Assembly (NCBI GenBank): GCA_051294375.1
Contig: CM119270.1
Span: 4,906,152-4,970,151, forward strand
Direction of reading: 5' to 3'
DNA from: Paraspadella gotoi
Lineage: Eukaryota; Animalia; Chaetognatha
Length of the DNA stretch: 64,000 bases
The notes under the pieces were generated by a model, which worked only from the letters and a program-made list of their open reading frames with translations, had not been told where the DNA came from and did not search any database. Shown in pieces: positions 28,758-42,910 of the stretch; positions within the stretch are counted from its first letter, which is position 1; every line of letters begins with the position of its first letter. A program made the position numbers and the translations under genes.

Positions 28758-31700
28758 TTTTAATGGCCGTTGGCTTTCCCGCGCTCTTGTCTTTACGATT
28801 ACGGATCGACATTCCTCCACAATTTCATGAGTTTCGAGTGGGCGGACCAAAAGTTGACTTCCGAGTTGACGAGAGAAAAACCTATTTCACCCTAATGATG
28901 CGACATGCGGGAACATCTCAGGGGGAAGAAAAACTGATTTAATTTGGAGATTCACTTGGGAAAAACCGAACCAAACGAAAACTTGTCAATGATATTTAAT
29001 AGAGAACAAAGTTTTATTTTGCAAACGATTTATTTAATAATAAAAAACGGTCATGTNNNNNNNNNNNNNNNNNNNNNNNNNAAAAGAGAGAGGAGTATAT
29101 GCTCTGTCTTCCGATCATCAAGGCGCAATCTCTCTGTCCTCTGCTCATCGGCGTGCGTATCGCTTTGTGCGTTGTTCATAGTATGGAGCGCACGTATGTT
29201 CTCTCGTCGGAACGCGAATCCGGATACTTGCACCGATGCTGCTCGATGAAATATAACAATTTCAGTCAAACATCATAGTAATACTTCGCGCCTATAAACT
29301 TATGTCTTTTTGTCCAAATAAATGGTAAGAAATTACTTTTATTTGATTTTATTGAGTTTCCTTCTCCGGGATTATTTTGGATCGATCACTTTGACTCGCA
29401 AACCCTTTTTTTGTTCTCGACGACGATCAGGAGTGTCTTATACGCGATTTTCAGCCTGTGCATCGCAGTTGGCGACGTCGAGCCTATGATTCATAGTTTC
29501 CCTTTTATGATTACCATTAGTGTAGATTAAAGTAGAAAAAAAAATTAGTGCATGTATGAAAAGATTATTTGTTTTTTTTGGCGAGTGGGGATTCATTAAC
29601 CTTGTGTTTAATTTTTATAAATAATGTAACATTTGATTTCAAAATAAAAACAATGATGCATAGCCAAACTTTTATATTTATCTAATGATGTGCGTGAAAA
29701 CTACAAGCTATTTTGAGGCCAATCAAGCCCAATCATATGTCTTTGCAAGTATCAAAACCAATAGTAAAAAATAAAGGAACTCGCTTTCCTATTATATGGC
29801 GGTCAACTACAGATCACAAGAGTCAAAATCGCCGGTGAAGTAATATTGATAAAGAATAAAGATTGGTTGTTCTTGCGAATGATGCAATTACAGTGGGATG
29901 TAATTAGTGATTGGTCGTTGCATTTGATCGTTAAACTAAATGCATTAATTATTGATTGTTTTGTTTTATTTTTGATAGCACATAATATTAGCTATATATG
30001 TTCGAGTTTAACGTCGAGTTTGCAGATTTCCTTTTTGGAATGAAATAACTTTTGATGTTGAAGTCATGTTATGTCTGCGCTTGTAAAGTTAATTCTTTCA
30101 TGTTAAAATATACCTATTGTGATGTGAATGGCGATTGTTGATGTGGTGATTCGGATTCGATTTCGAGTTTTAACACTCCAGGCTCGCTTACACTTTCGTG
30201 TCGTTCGGCCCAGGATTACTTGACGAGTTCCCTCGCCTTGTGCACTCTGGGCGGCCGCCGTCGCGACCCGTCGGGCCCGATTACAACGATCACAGTTCTC
30301 AATCGATCTTTATGATCGTGGCTGATCGCGGGCATTGCGGTCGGCTAGTGGCGCCGGGAGCCGCGGCGATGATATCCGAATTCGGTGATCGCGTAATCAA
30401 AATAACATCTGGACGTCATTTTGACGATATTATGCCCCTTTTTTTTGTTCGATTTGTATGTACCTTTTTCTGTCTTTATCTAGTTGATGGCGGTTATCTT
30501 TTTCTGATTCACATATTTTGATCTTCATTTTCTCAACTTAATATGAATCTGTTTTCTAACTCTTATTTTTGTTATTTTAGACAAATAATTGATATATTTT
30601 TGTTAATTATTTGTTCTTCGAAGTGAACAATGTGACCCTAATACGCCTTCATTATTATTGATTCTCTTACGCTTTTACGAGCATCAATTGATCCTCTGAC
30701 TCGACATTTTGCTGAGCGATCGATCCGGTTTAGAGATCAATCAAAGGAATCATGTTAATCTCAATGTAGGCGCAGAGCGCAATCGTTCAGACACTGAACA
30801 TCCTCACCATCGCAATTATGAAAACCTGCTTCCAAACTTCGAACTTGGCTCTTCTGTACCCGCTTGACCTCGGGAGTAAAGCAAACAACATTCGGTCTTG
30901 TGTAAACTGAAACGAGACGCCAAAAAGGAGTTGACTGTCAATATTCAAAATCTTCAACAACTAGTATTTCGTGCTATTAACGATTAATGTAGGGTAGTTG
31001 GATTTCAGAGACTGGTATTATGTGAGCGGATCGGATTGTATAGATAAGCGCTAGGAGGCGTGAGTTAATTTATTATCGTATTGGCAAGCAAACTGAATTT
31101 TCATTCAGAACAAATAGAAGAAAAGACGGTCATGTAGCGTCAGCGTTACGCCGTAGCATTCCGCAGTCACGGATGGCGATCCCTCCTCACACATATATAT
31201 GGGGACTGAGAGACACGAGCGCAATATGATTAGTTAAAGAGCGAGAGATGTTATACCAGAGCTGTAGGGATGTAGCAGCTGGGGAGCTGTGAATCGGCCA
31301 AGAACAGAGAATCGACGCTGAAGTGAGTATTAATGCCAAATTGGTTCGGAAAATGACGTCGGCGTTTTTCAAACTGAAATAAAACTAACGACTTTTTCCG
31401 GCATTTAAAAAAAAAAGGTTGTGAAAAATATTTATCAAATATCTTTTTAATTTCAAAAAGAGGTAATCATAAAAGGAAATTGAATCATGTCGAGTCGCCA
31501 ACTGCGATGACAGCTAAATCGCGATAAAACTCGATCGCGCGAGAAAAAAAAAAGGGGTTTGGAGTCAAAGGATCGATCCAAAAATCCCGAGAAGGAAAAA
31601 TAAAATCAAAAAAGAATCTTACCATTTTTGGACAAAAACAAATTTAGGCCGAAGTTTATATATTTTGTTAAATTGTTTATTTCGATCGAGCGGTCGTTCG

Positions 31701-32249
31701 GTCGACGGAGAAAACGTGCGTTGAACAACGACAAGCGATAGAGAGAGAGAGAGACAGAGAGATGGATGGAGGGAGACAGAGATAGAGACGAATTTGTCTA
31801 CGCTACCGAAGGAACCGAGTGACACAGCGAACTGGCGTAGTGGTTGTGAGGAGTGGACGACGACGACGTCGACGACGAAGACGATGAGGGCGACGACGAG
31901 AACGACGGCGGCCGACATTTAAATATCCCTCCGCGGTGCCAGTATAGACGAGAGAGAGTCGGAAGAGAGAGAGGAGAGAGATAGGAGAGAGAAGAGAGAG
32001 GAGAGGAGAGAGATAGAAGAGAAGATGAGAGGACACGAGAGAGAGAGAAGAGAATCGAAATATAGTCACCGGACACGTAAATAATTCTGCCCGACTAGAA
32101 TAACAGATTTCATTAAACACTCCATCAATTACGTCGCCCAATATTCCAAACATATATTATTTCTTTTTTGATTCCGAAACTACTTTTGTGTCACGGAGGC
32201 AGAAGGAGCGACGCGGCGATCTCAGTTCGCGCCGTAGTTTTCCTCTCCC

Positions 32250-32345
32250 TGATTGGTCGAGAATCGAGTTCCGAGCGATGATTAGCCGAACAGAAAAGGA
32301 ATCCCGCCGGCATTGGACGATAGAGCGGCGCGCAACGTGATTGGC
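32250..32345. promoter_or_regulatory. Phased CCAAT-box cluster (candidate NF-Y promoter)
   Basis: ATTGG at 32252, 32312 and 32340, and ATTAG at 32281 (spacing 28-31 bp) in a CpG-rich patch. Confidence 0.4.
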
Positions 32346-32379
32346 TGGAAGATTCCGCAATGCGCAAACGTAGAACTAG

Positions 32380-32507
<128 letters not shown>

Positions 32508-32750
32508 CACCTGCACCGATAGGAGAGGCGCTCTGAGAGAGAAATGCGTCCGATGGCATAAGACGCCAAAAGTGGAACCAAAGAATTATAAAGGAAGGAA
32601 GGGATGTGGCGCTGAGGAGATGAAGGGGGCGAATCATGAAAGGATGGCATCGTGGGAAGGAGGCGAAAGTAGACATGGACAGAAGACGAGCGGTTGCGGA
32701 GAGACACGTTCCCGGGGGCACATGCGGAAATCTGGAGATGGAGACAATGG

Positions 32751-32803
<53 letters not shown>

Positions 32804-35800
32804 CTCTGCGACGAAGACGGCAACCAGAGCCGAAACTGGAGTCTCGACGATCGAAATTTAAAAACAAACTGCGGTGCCGCAGGGTCGGCAGGGGCCGNNN
32901 NNNNNNNNNNNNNNNNNNNNNNTCTCTCTCTCTCTCTCTCTCTCTCTGTCATCTCTCTCTCTCTCTCTCTATTCTCCTCTACTCTCTCTCTTTTTATTTT
33001 CTTTCTAAGAAATCCGCTCCCATATAAAGCGGTTCCTCCCGCCGCTCTCTTGGCCTATCCCAGCATCGGCTGCTTCTGCAGCACCTGCGGCCCCCTGCGG
33101 CCCCTGCCGACCCTGCGGCAGCGCAGTTTGTTTTTTAAATTTCGATCGTCGAGACTCCAGTCTTCGGCCTCTGGTTGCCTGTCTTCGTCGCAGAGCTTTC
33201 TCTTTCTCTCCTCCCTTCTCTTCCCCTCTTTATCTCTCTCTCTCTCTCTCTCCTCGCTCTCTCTCTCTCCTTTCTCAGCCTCTCTGCCCAGTTGTCTCCA
33301 TCTCCAGATTTCCGCATGTGCCCCGGAACGTGTGTCTCTCCGCAACACGCTTCGTTTCTGTCCATTCTACTTTGCCTCCTTCCCACGATGCATCCTTTTC
33401 ATGATTCGGCCCCTTCATCTCCTCAGCGCCACAGTCTCCTTCCTTCCTTTATAATTCTTTGTTCCACTCTTTGGCGTCTTATGCATCGGCACGCATTTCT
33501 CTCTCAAGAGCGCCTCTCCTATCGGTGCAGGTGGCGAGAGCAGAGAGAGAGGAGAGAGAGAGTAGAGAGAGAGAGAGAGAGTAGAGAGAGAGAGAGAGAG
33601 AGAGAGAGAACCTAGTTCTACGTTTGGCGCATTGCGGAATCTCCAGCCAATCAACGTTGCGCGCCGCTCTATCGTCCAATGCCCCCCGCGCGGGATTCCT
33701 TTCTGTTCGGGCTATCATCGCTCGGAACTCGATTCTCTGACAACAATCAGGGAGAGGAAACTACGGCGGGTCGAACTGAGATCGCCGCGCTAGCTCCTTC
33801 TGCGCCTCGTGACACAAAAGTAGTTCGGAATAAAAAGAAATAAAATGTTTGGAATATTGGGCGACGTAATTGGATGGAGTGTTTTAATGAACTCTGTTAT
33901 TCTAGTCGCAGATTAATTTACGTGTCCGGTGACTATATTTCGATTCTCTCTCTCCTCGTGCTTCTCTCTCTCTCTCTTCCCTCTTCTATCTCTCTTCTCT
34001 CTCCTCTCTCTCTTCCATCTCTTCTCTCGTCATACTGGCACCGCGGAGGGATATTTAAATGTCGGCCGCCGTCGTTATCGTCGTCGTCCGCCCTCATCGC
34101 TTCCGTCGTCTTACGTCCCGTCGTCGTCCCACTCCTCATCAACCACTACGCCAGTTCGCGTGTGTCACTCGTTCTTCGGTAGCGTAGACAATTCGTCTCT
34201 ATGCTCTGTTCCCTCCATCCCATCTCTCTGTCTCTCTCTCTCTCGTATCGCTGTCGTTGTTCACGCACGTTTTTCCGTCGACGAACGACCTCGCTCGTGA
34301 TCGAAATAAAAACAATTTAAAACAAAATATTAACTTCGGCCTAAATTTGTTTTTGTCCAAAAATGGTTAAGATTCTTTTTTTGATTTTATTTTTGCCTTC
34401 TCAGGGATTTTTGGATCGATCTTTGGACCCAAACGCCCTTTTTTTTTTCTCTCGGCGCGGATCGAGGTTTTATCGCGATTTTAGCTGTCATGCGCAGTTT
34501 GGCGACTCGACATGATTCAATTTCCTTTTATGATTACCTTATGTATAAAAGAGGAAAAAAAAATTAGCATGTATAAAGATTTTTTTTTTTTTGGTCAGTG
34601 GGCATTCATTAACCTTTTGTTTAATTTTTATAAATATTACCTGATTTCAAAAAAAAAAAATGATAAGGCAATTTTATTTTATATGATGTGCGTGAAATAA
34701 ACTAATTTGACCAATCAAAGCCAATCATGTCATATCAATTCAAACCAATAGAAAAAATAAAGAACTCCTTTTCCTATTAAGGCGGATCAACTCACAGAAG
34801 AGGCAAATCCGCCGGTGAGTAATTTGATAAAAATTGGTTGTTACTGCAATGATCATTACAGTGGGTGTAATTACGATTGCGTTGCTTGACTTTAATGTTA
34901 ATTGAATTTTTTTTTTTTTTTGATCCAATATTTATTATTATGTTGAGTTTAAAACGTCCAGTTGCGATTTCCTTTTGGAATAAAAATACTTTGTAGTTGA
35001 AGTCATTAGTTCTCGCTTGTAAAATATTTTCATGTTAAATATACTTGTGATTGTGAATATGCGATTTGATGTATTGTGACTGGTGTCGGTTCGATTCGAT
35101 TTAACCTCGCCGCCTCGCTTCATTCTTTTCGTGTCGTCGCCCAGTACCTGACGATGTTCCTCGCCTGTGCCCCTCTTGGGGCACCGCGTCCGCGCCCCGT
35201 CGTGGCCCGATACAACGATCCAGTTCTCAATCGACTTATTCTGTGGTTGCGCCGGGGCAGCGTCGGCAGTGGGCGCCGGGGAGCCGCGGCGATGATCGAT
35301 TCGGTGACGCGTATCAAAATACAATCTGGCGTCATTTTTGACAATAATTCCTTTTTTTGTTCGATTTGTCTGTACCCTTTTTCTGTCCTATTTTATCTAA
35401 GTTGGGCGGTTATCTTCTCTGATTAATATTTGTCTTTTTTCTCTTCACTTAAATGATCTGTTTTCTCTACTCTTATTTTTTTATATTTTTATGAAATGAT
35501 TGATATATTTTTGTTTTAATTTTTTTCTTGAAGTGAAATGTGACGCCAACACGCTTTTTTATTGATTCTCTTAACGCTTTTTACGGCATTATGAATCCCT
35601 CTTGACGCCGAATTTGGCTGAGCGATACGACGGTTTAGGATCAATCAAAGGATCCATTTAATCTCATGTGGGCAAAGAGACGCAATCCGGTTCAGAATAG
35701 AACTCCTCCATCCAATTATGAAAACCTGCTTTCCAAATTCCGAAACTTGCTCTTCTGTAAACGCGCTGCCTCGCGGAAGTAAAGCAACAACATTCGGTTC

Positions 35801-38559
35801 TTGTGTAAAACCTGAACGAGATGCAAACAGGATTGATGCAATATTTCACAAAATTCTTCACAACTAGTATTACGTGTATTAAATTTTATTGTTTCAACTT
35901 TCTTTTCGTTGCGCGTTGATAATTAACGAGAAAACAAAGTTTTTTATTCGTTGCAAGCAACGATTTTCTTTAACAATAAAAAAACGACATCACTTTGCTG
36001 ATGAGACTCGAAAACCAAATGGTCGAAAACAATGACCGTTTTTTTATTATAAATATCGTTTTGCAAAAAAAAAAAAATAAATAAAATAAAATTGTTCTCT
36101 ATTAAATTTCATTGACAAGTTTTCGTTTGGTTCGGTTTTTTCCGCAAGTGAATCTTCCAAATTAAATCAATTTCTCTTCCCCCTGAGATGTTCCCGCATG
36201 TCGATCATTAGGGTGAAATAGGTTTTTTCTCGTCAACTCGGAATTTCAACTTTTGGTCGCGCCAACTCCGAAACTCATGAAATTGTGGAGGAATGTCGAT
36301 CGCGTAATCGTAAAGACAAGAGCGCGGAAAGCCAACGGTCATTAAAGAAACTCTCCTCTCTCTCTCTCTCATCTCCTCACTCGATCTCTCTCTCTCATCT
36401 CTCTCTCTCCTTCTCTCTCTCTCCGGCCGTTGAACTCTGCGGCAAAACGAGATTAAAAGTAAATTAGTAATGATTCGCTTTAATTAAGCAGGGCGATCGC
36501 ACCTTAAGACAAATATATTCATCGATTATCAAACTGGAGAATCTAATGAGTTCTAGATTTAAAACAATTTAAAAAACGATTTAAACGAAAGAAAAAACCT
36601 CGGAATTTTAACGAAGACGGAAAACCGGTTTTATGAAAATATTTACGAAGCGGGTCGGTTTTTAACGAGCAATTTGGGAAATTTATTCGTCCAAATACTA
36701 GATCGGTTTATCTGCGCACCAATCTCTGGCAGCATCGTTTCCATGCCCGTTCGGTCAACCAGTCTCGTCATTTTGGGGTCGGTTCCCTTTTGAAGGGTCA
36801 GTCTCAACTTCGTTGGTTAATATTTTGTGACCTCGAGTTGACCTCTCGAGCCATAATTCGGTTTCCAAAGATCCAATTCACGGGCGCCAAAAGTTGCATT
36901 AATTTCGAGACAGAAAAAAAGTTTTAAAAAAAATGTTATATTTTACCGTAAGAAAAGTTTAATATTATTACCATCTGATTGGTTTTAGTTGTCCAACTTA
37001 CTGCATTTGTTTTCTAATTTCCATAACAGAACTTTTAACCATAACTTGGTCCAAATTTGTCAATAAATGTTAGTATGAATTGCTTTTTCACAATTTGAAG
37101 GTATTTTCATCGTCTTCGTTGTCGTCGTCGTCGTGTTAATTCGGATTTCTCCGGCATTTTGCACGGTCGGCGTCCTTCCAAGGGCCCACTTTGATTTTTC
37201 GCCGCCCGTTGCAGCAACCGAGAATGAAGGAGGAGAGAAGAGGAACAGATGGAGCAGGAAGGAAAAGAGAGAGAAACAGGGGCGAGCGGTGAAAAGAAAG
37301 AAGAGTAGTTGATTTGCAAGTATTTAGTGACTCCGAAAGAGAAAGTGAGAGGAGAGAGGAGGGAGAGGAGAGAGGGATTGGCTTCTCGTTTCCGCAAGGC
37401 GTCAACATTTTCGAAGCCAATGGAAAACTTCAATTGATTTTTTCTCCCCCTTTTTTTTCTCCAGTTTAGGGATGAAGATATATTAATAAAGAGAAGGAAA
37501 AGAAGGGATTTGCCGGGCCAAAAAAAGTAGGATGAACTATTTAAATTCTTCGAATATCTTTATCAAGACGAGGTCGTCCGAGACATAACGTGACGTTACA
37601 AACGAATAGGTGATGGTTTTAAACCTTCGTTTAAACGAACGCAACTTTCATGAACGGAAAAAGCCGGGGTCCTACTATTCTTCCCTTTAAAAAAAAAGGG
37701 GGATCTCGGCTCAATCGATGTTTCAAAGTCTTGGAAGGGGGAGGGGTTAAGGGGGGCGTGCCTTCGCATCTCAGAGGAGGAAGAGACCCGCGACGGGCGC
37801 CCGCCCTCGATTTCGCTCGAAACCTCCATCAATATTATCGACAATAACCCGCGTGAACGTTGAAGGGGGTTTGGTGTGGGGGGGGGGTAACGGGGGTGGG
37901 TGGACACGGTGCGAAAGGGGGGGGAGTGAGAGAAAGAAGGGACATTAAGGGAGAGGAAAAAAAAGGATTATATGGCGATTTAGTTGGGAGAAAAGGGAGA
38001 TTATAACGGAGTGAGGGTTATGTGGTTTCGTGATAAGGATGGATAAAAAAAAAACTGGTGGAAAGTGGTCCTCATTGAGAGTAGTGAACTGGTACGATGA
38101 TGACAAAGTGAAAAAATGTCAATCGGGTCAATGTTACAATCGATAAATATATAAGATCAATGGTTTTGAATATCTGTATGGGGGGAGAAAAATCAAAGAC
38201 TCTTTTTGCTAATTGATTTTTATTACTTTTTTCTTAGGATTGAATTCTGTTTGGTCAGTGAGTCACGCACAGGTTCATTGGACGGATTTAAGAAGGAAAT
38301 GTACGGATGTTTGATAAACGGTTTTTCCAGTCGCTGAGTTCAAGCTTTTTTTGGGGGGGGGGATTTGCCGAGACTTCTTGGATAATTGGCTTCAAGAAGT
38401 GAGGCCCTGTTAGAACTTTGTCTTTTAATAAGCCGTTAGTAATGTATCTTATATACGAATCAAAGCTTTAATTATCCTTTTGTAATCTTTGAATAAAGTT
38501 TAGTTTTTTAGTTTTAGGTTATAGGTTTTTGTGTAATGCTCTTTAGGTTTTTTTTTCCA

Positions 38560-39262
38560 ACCCTTTCTTCACCTTCCTTTCTTTTTTCAACCCTTTTCCT
38601 TTCTTTAAACCCTTCCTTTCTTTACCCTTCCTTTCTTCACCTCTTATCCTTCTTACTTCCTTTCTTAACCCTATCCTTTCTTCACCCCCTCCTTTCTTAA
38701 CCCTTCCTTTCTTCACCCTTCCTTCTTCACTCTTCTTTCTTAACCCTTCCTTTCTTCACCCTTTTCCTTTCTTCAACTCTTGCCTTTCTTCACCCTTACC
38801 TTTCTTCACCCTTGCCTTTCTTCAACCCTTCCTTTCTTCACCCTTCTTTTCTTCCCCTTTCCTTTCTTTACCCTTCCTTTCTTTACCCTTCTGTTCTTAC
38901 CCTTCCTTTCTTAACACCTTCCTTTCTTTCTACACTTCCTTCTTCTACCTCTTTCGCTTCCTTATCTAACCCTTCGCTTTCTTACCTTCCTTTCTTCACC
39001 CTCCCTTTCTTCATTCCCTTCTTTCCTTTACCCTTCCTTTCTTTACCCTATCCTTTCTTCACCCTTCCTTTCTTAACCCTTCCTTTCTTCACCCTCCTTT
39101 CTTTCTTTACCGCTTCCTTCTTCAACTCTTCCTTTCTTAACCCTTCCTTTCTTCAACCCTTCTTTCTTCACCCTTTTCCTTTCTTAACCCTTCCTTTCTT
39201 AACCCTTCCTTTCTTCACCCTTCTTTCTTCACTCTTCCTTTTTCACCCTTCTTTTTTCACCC
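38560..39262. repeat. 15-bp minisatellite (ttc/tta)acccttcctttc
   Basis: Several dozen degenerate units; produces the spurious (TLPFF)n ORF. A noisy equivalent lies at about 19600-20700. Confidence 0.85.
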
Positions 39263-41779
39263 TTTCCCCTCGCTCCTTCCAGAGACGAAGCAGAGAGTCG
39301 CGGCTTTCTCCTCCTCGACTTCGAAAGACGTGACATTTGATGGCGAGAGGGCAGAGAAAAAAGGAGAGGAATAAAAGAGAAGGAATCGTGGTAAAAAGAT
39401 AAGAGTGAATAAGAGAAGGAAGGATAAAGAGAGGGGGAATCGTGGTAACAAGATAATAGAGAAAATGAGAATGGATGAAAGAGGAAAAGGCATGTGATAC
39501 ATAAGATAAAGGAAAGAAGAAAAGGGTAAATGATTTTACGTTTGTAGTGTAATGTGTAACACGCGTCGCGAATAGTGGAAAAGTAAAGATGAAAGGGAGT
39601 TTGATAAAAGCATTAAACGACCGAACAAAACTAAATAAAAATTTACAGATTTGGGAATGGTTGTACGCATTAAAAAAAAAAACATATAATTTATCGTTTA
39701 AAAAATGATAGTATTATATAATTTTATATTTGTGAGAAAATACGTAGATGTTTAAAATTTTTTTAGAAAACGAAAGCAAACGATCGATAATTTATTATTT
39801 TTTTTATTTATTTTTAGAATTTTTCAAAGGCAAAATTTATTTATCCTTTCGCGTGTCGCAGGTTTAAAAGACGTTATCGATCTTTTTCTTTCTTTTCTTT
39901 CTTTCTTTCTTTTTTCTTTCTTTCTTTTTTCTTTCTTTCTTTGTCTTTCTTGTTTCTTCTTCTTCTTTTCCCCTTTTTTATTTCTCTTTTTCTTTTTCTC
40001 TCTTTTTCTTTTCCTTTTTTTTTTCTTCTATTTTCATTATTTTAGTTAAACCTAAACTTTTAATATCTTATATCTTTTCTATCTTTCCCTCACCTAATAA
40101 TTATGAAAGGATGATGATAATAATAAAACCGTCATCCGTCCGCCGTTAAAGCTAATTTATTTTCCCCGTAAAACGTGAAAGAAACAACACAAAGTTTCTC
40201 CCTTCCCTCTCAGGGAGGTGAGGGCGTGAAAGAGGACGGGCGGGGAAAGTCGAGGTAATAAAGGCGGAACGGGAGCGAACTCATAATACCGTTGAGGAAT
40301 AATAATATAATAATAATAATAAAATAATAATATAATAATAATAATAATAAGGCGGAACGGGCGGAGCGACCGTAAACCGTTGAGGACATTTCTTTCCGAC
40401 GCTGAATTAATTATGAGCGAGCGATTTCGGGCCGAAATGATGGGTCAGAGAGACGAGGTCTCATCAGGGGGTATTTGGGGGGAGGGGTGGATGATGAGGG
40501 GTGGTTACAGGTGGGGATTAGGATGGAAGGGTTCGGTGTGGGGTAAGGTGAAGCAGTGGTTAGGTGGATGTTGAGGAATGCTTGGTAATCGGACGTTATT
40601 ACGGATATTAATTATTATTGGTTAATAAGATAAGAAAAGGCATGAATCAGGAATAAAATCGATGAGAACCGAATTTTAGAGTTGAGACTAATTAGACAAT
40701 GAGGCCGGAAACCTAGTTATGGGTTTAATGACATAATTAATAATAAGATTAAAGTGGAATGGTGGAAACTATGTTTTTGAATTAAAGGTGGGGTAAAATC
40801 TGTGACGTGAAATCGAGGGTGGTTAATGATAGGGGGGCGAGGGAAAGGAAAAGTTGCGCTTCTTTTATTACGACAAAAAAAAAGTGTGAAAGCGTTGCGA
40901 TGGTGAAAAGATGATGACAAAAACGGAGAGAGAGAGAGAGACAAACCAAAAGAAGCTCAGAAACTTTAGAAAGGGAAAACAAAGAAGAGAGTTAAACAGA
41001 GAGAGAGAAATAAAAAAAACCAAAAAAACTAAAACTGATTAAACATTAAAATGATAAAAATACTTTTGAAATTAAATTTTTTAAAGAACTAGAAATAGCG
41101 AAGGTAATTTCAAATTTGGTTTAGAACAAGGAATAACAGAAAATTCCCAAAAATTTAATTAAAACATTTGTCTAAATCGTTAGATTTTTCTCATTAGCCG
41201 ACAGATTATAGCAATAATATAATCAGAATCTGTTGGTAAACGTCGACATTCTCAAACATCTAAAGCGAAACGGGGAGAGCGTCGACGCAGTTTTTTTTTG
41301 TTTTTTTTCGGTTATATTTTTCGCTCGAACGTTTTGCACCATAAACCGCGTCGTATGGGGAGGCAATAACGCGTCTTGTTTTAAGCTTGTTAAAATTGTT
41401 AAATGTTAAAATGTTAAAATGTTAAATAGACTTGACTAACGACGAAAACGACGACGATGACGACGACGATGACCACGATGATGAAGACGGTGATTACTCG
41501 CCACCAGTTCCGTTTACCAACGGCCCCCGCCCATTAACCCACCCGGCCCCTCACTATGCGTCGGGAAGGAAAAAATGTCCCCCCGGGAGTGAGGGGGGAG
41601 CAGTGGGGGGGGGGAATCTCGCAAGTTTTTTGATTGACTGGAAAGTCTGGAAATTTTTTTTTTTACTTCTTTTTTAACTAGGAATTTTTATTTCCCCCAA
41701 AAACGCTCACTGATATATACGAGTTTGAAGTTTTTACAAACCGAAAATTACTGAATATAGACAGAAAATATAAACAAGC

Positions 41780-41930
41780 ATATGAAATTGGTACAACCAA
41801 TATAAAAATTATCCATTCATTTAATAAACAACCTATGGAAGCCTTAACCATATTAGTCCAAAGTCATAATTTATTTTTTTATTTATTTATTTTTTTATTT
41901 ATTTTTATTTTGGTTGTACCAATTTCATAT
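41780..41930. repeat. Short inverted-repeat element (21-bp perfect arms)
   Basis: atatgaaattggtacaaccaa (41780-41800) and ttggttgtaccaatttcatat (41910-41930); the left arm recurs at 44980-45010. Confidence 0.7.
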
Positions 41931-42659
41931 ATTGAATTCAGATGAAAGTATCTTATAGAAATCATGAAATACACCGACGCCCAGCACGACCTTTTCAGAG
42001 AAATGCTCCAGATTGATTCGAGAAAAAAAAAAAAGCATTAGGTTAATTTTCCTGTCGATTCCATCTCAGCGAGAAATCGATTGTTTTTCCTTTTTATTTT
42101 CTTTCCTTTTTTTCCCTTTTTTTCGCTCTACCAAGAATGGATATTTACACTCCGCCGCTCCGACCAGCTTTACTGAAAAGCGCCCACGGGGTTTCAATTA
42201 TTTTCGAGAGCCACGCTACGCGCAGTGCGATGGGATGTGTGCAATAAAGGATATATGTACAAAAATTGTACATTCACCAATCACAACAGCGCAGACGTTC
42301 TTTAAACGCAGCACCGCGTAGCGTAACCCAGCGCGCTTCTTCCAGACGCCGCGCGTCGTTCACTTTAAAATCGCGACCCGCAGTGCGTCACGCGCCTCCA
42401 AGCGTTTCAAGATTTTTTCCGCAATGCAGATTCCAGTACAGTCGCTCGCACACAATGCCGCAACGCAACGGGACAATATTCCATCCTGTAATCACGCCCC
42501 AGCGCCACCTGTTCTTGCTAGTATCATTACCCAATCATGACAGACATGCCAGTCATGACAGACATGCCAGTCATGCTATATATGCTAGATTTGCTACTTT
42601 CAAGAACATACAATTTGCGTCATGGCATTTCCAATTGTGCATTAGTCGCCGAAGGGCAC

Positions 42660-42910
42660 TTGACTCCAGCATCTGACGCCAGCATCTGATGTCAGCATCT
42701 GTTGCCATGATCTGACGCCAATATCTGACGAGAGCATTTGACGCCATTATCTGACGCCAGCAACTGACTCTAATATCTGACGCCAGCATTTCGACGCCAT
42801 TATCTGACGCCAGCAACTGGAACGTCTGCAGCTGACACTAATATCTGACGCCAGCAAACTGACGGCCAGCACCGGACGTCAGCAGCCCAATTCCTTATCT
42901 GACGGGGAAC
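42660..42910. repeat. Degenerate 13-bp tandem repeat (atctgacgccagc)
   Basis: Roughly 15 units; preceded by catgacagacatgccagt x2 at about 42536-42575. Confidence 0.85.

Noticed and set aside
35735-35765. FTEEQVSEF resembling the calmodulin N-terminus
   Set aside because: Not supported by the duplicate copy at about 30840-30860, and flanks and splice phase do not fit.
38812-39333. 173-aa TLPFF-repeat ORF and the many RERE/SLSL/poly-F ORFs
   Set aside because: These are translations of mini- and microsatellites.
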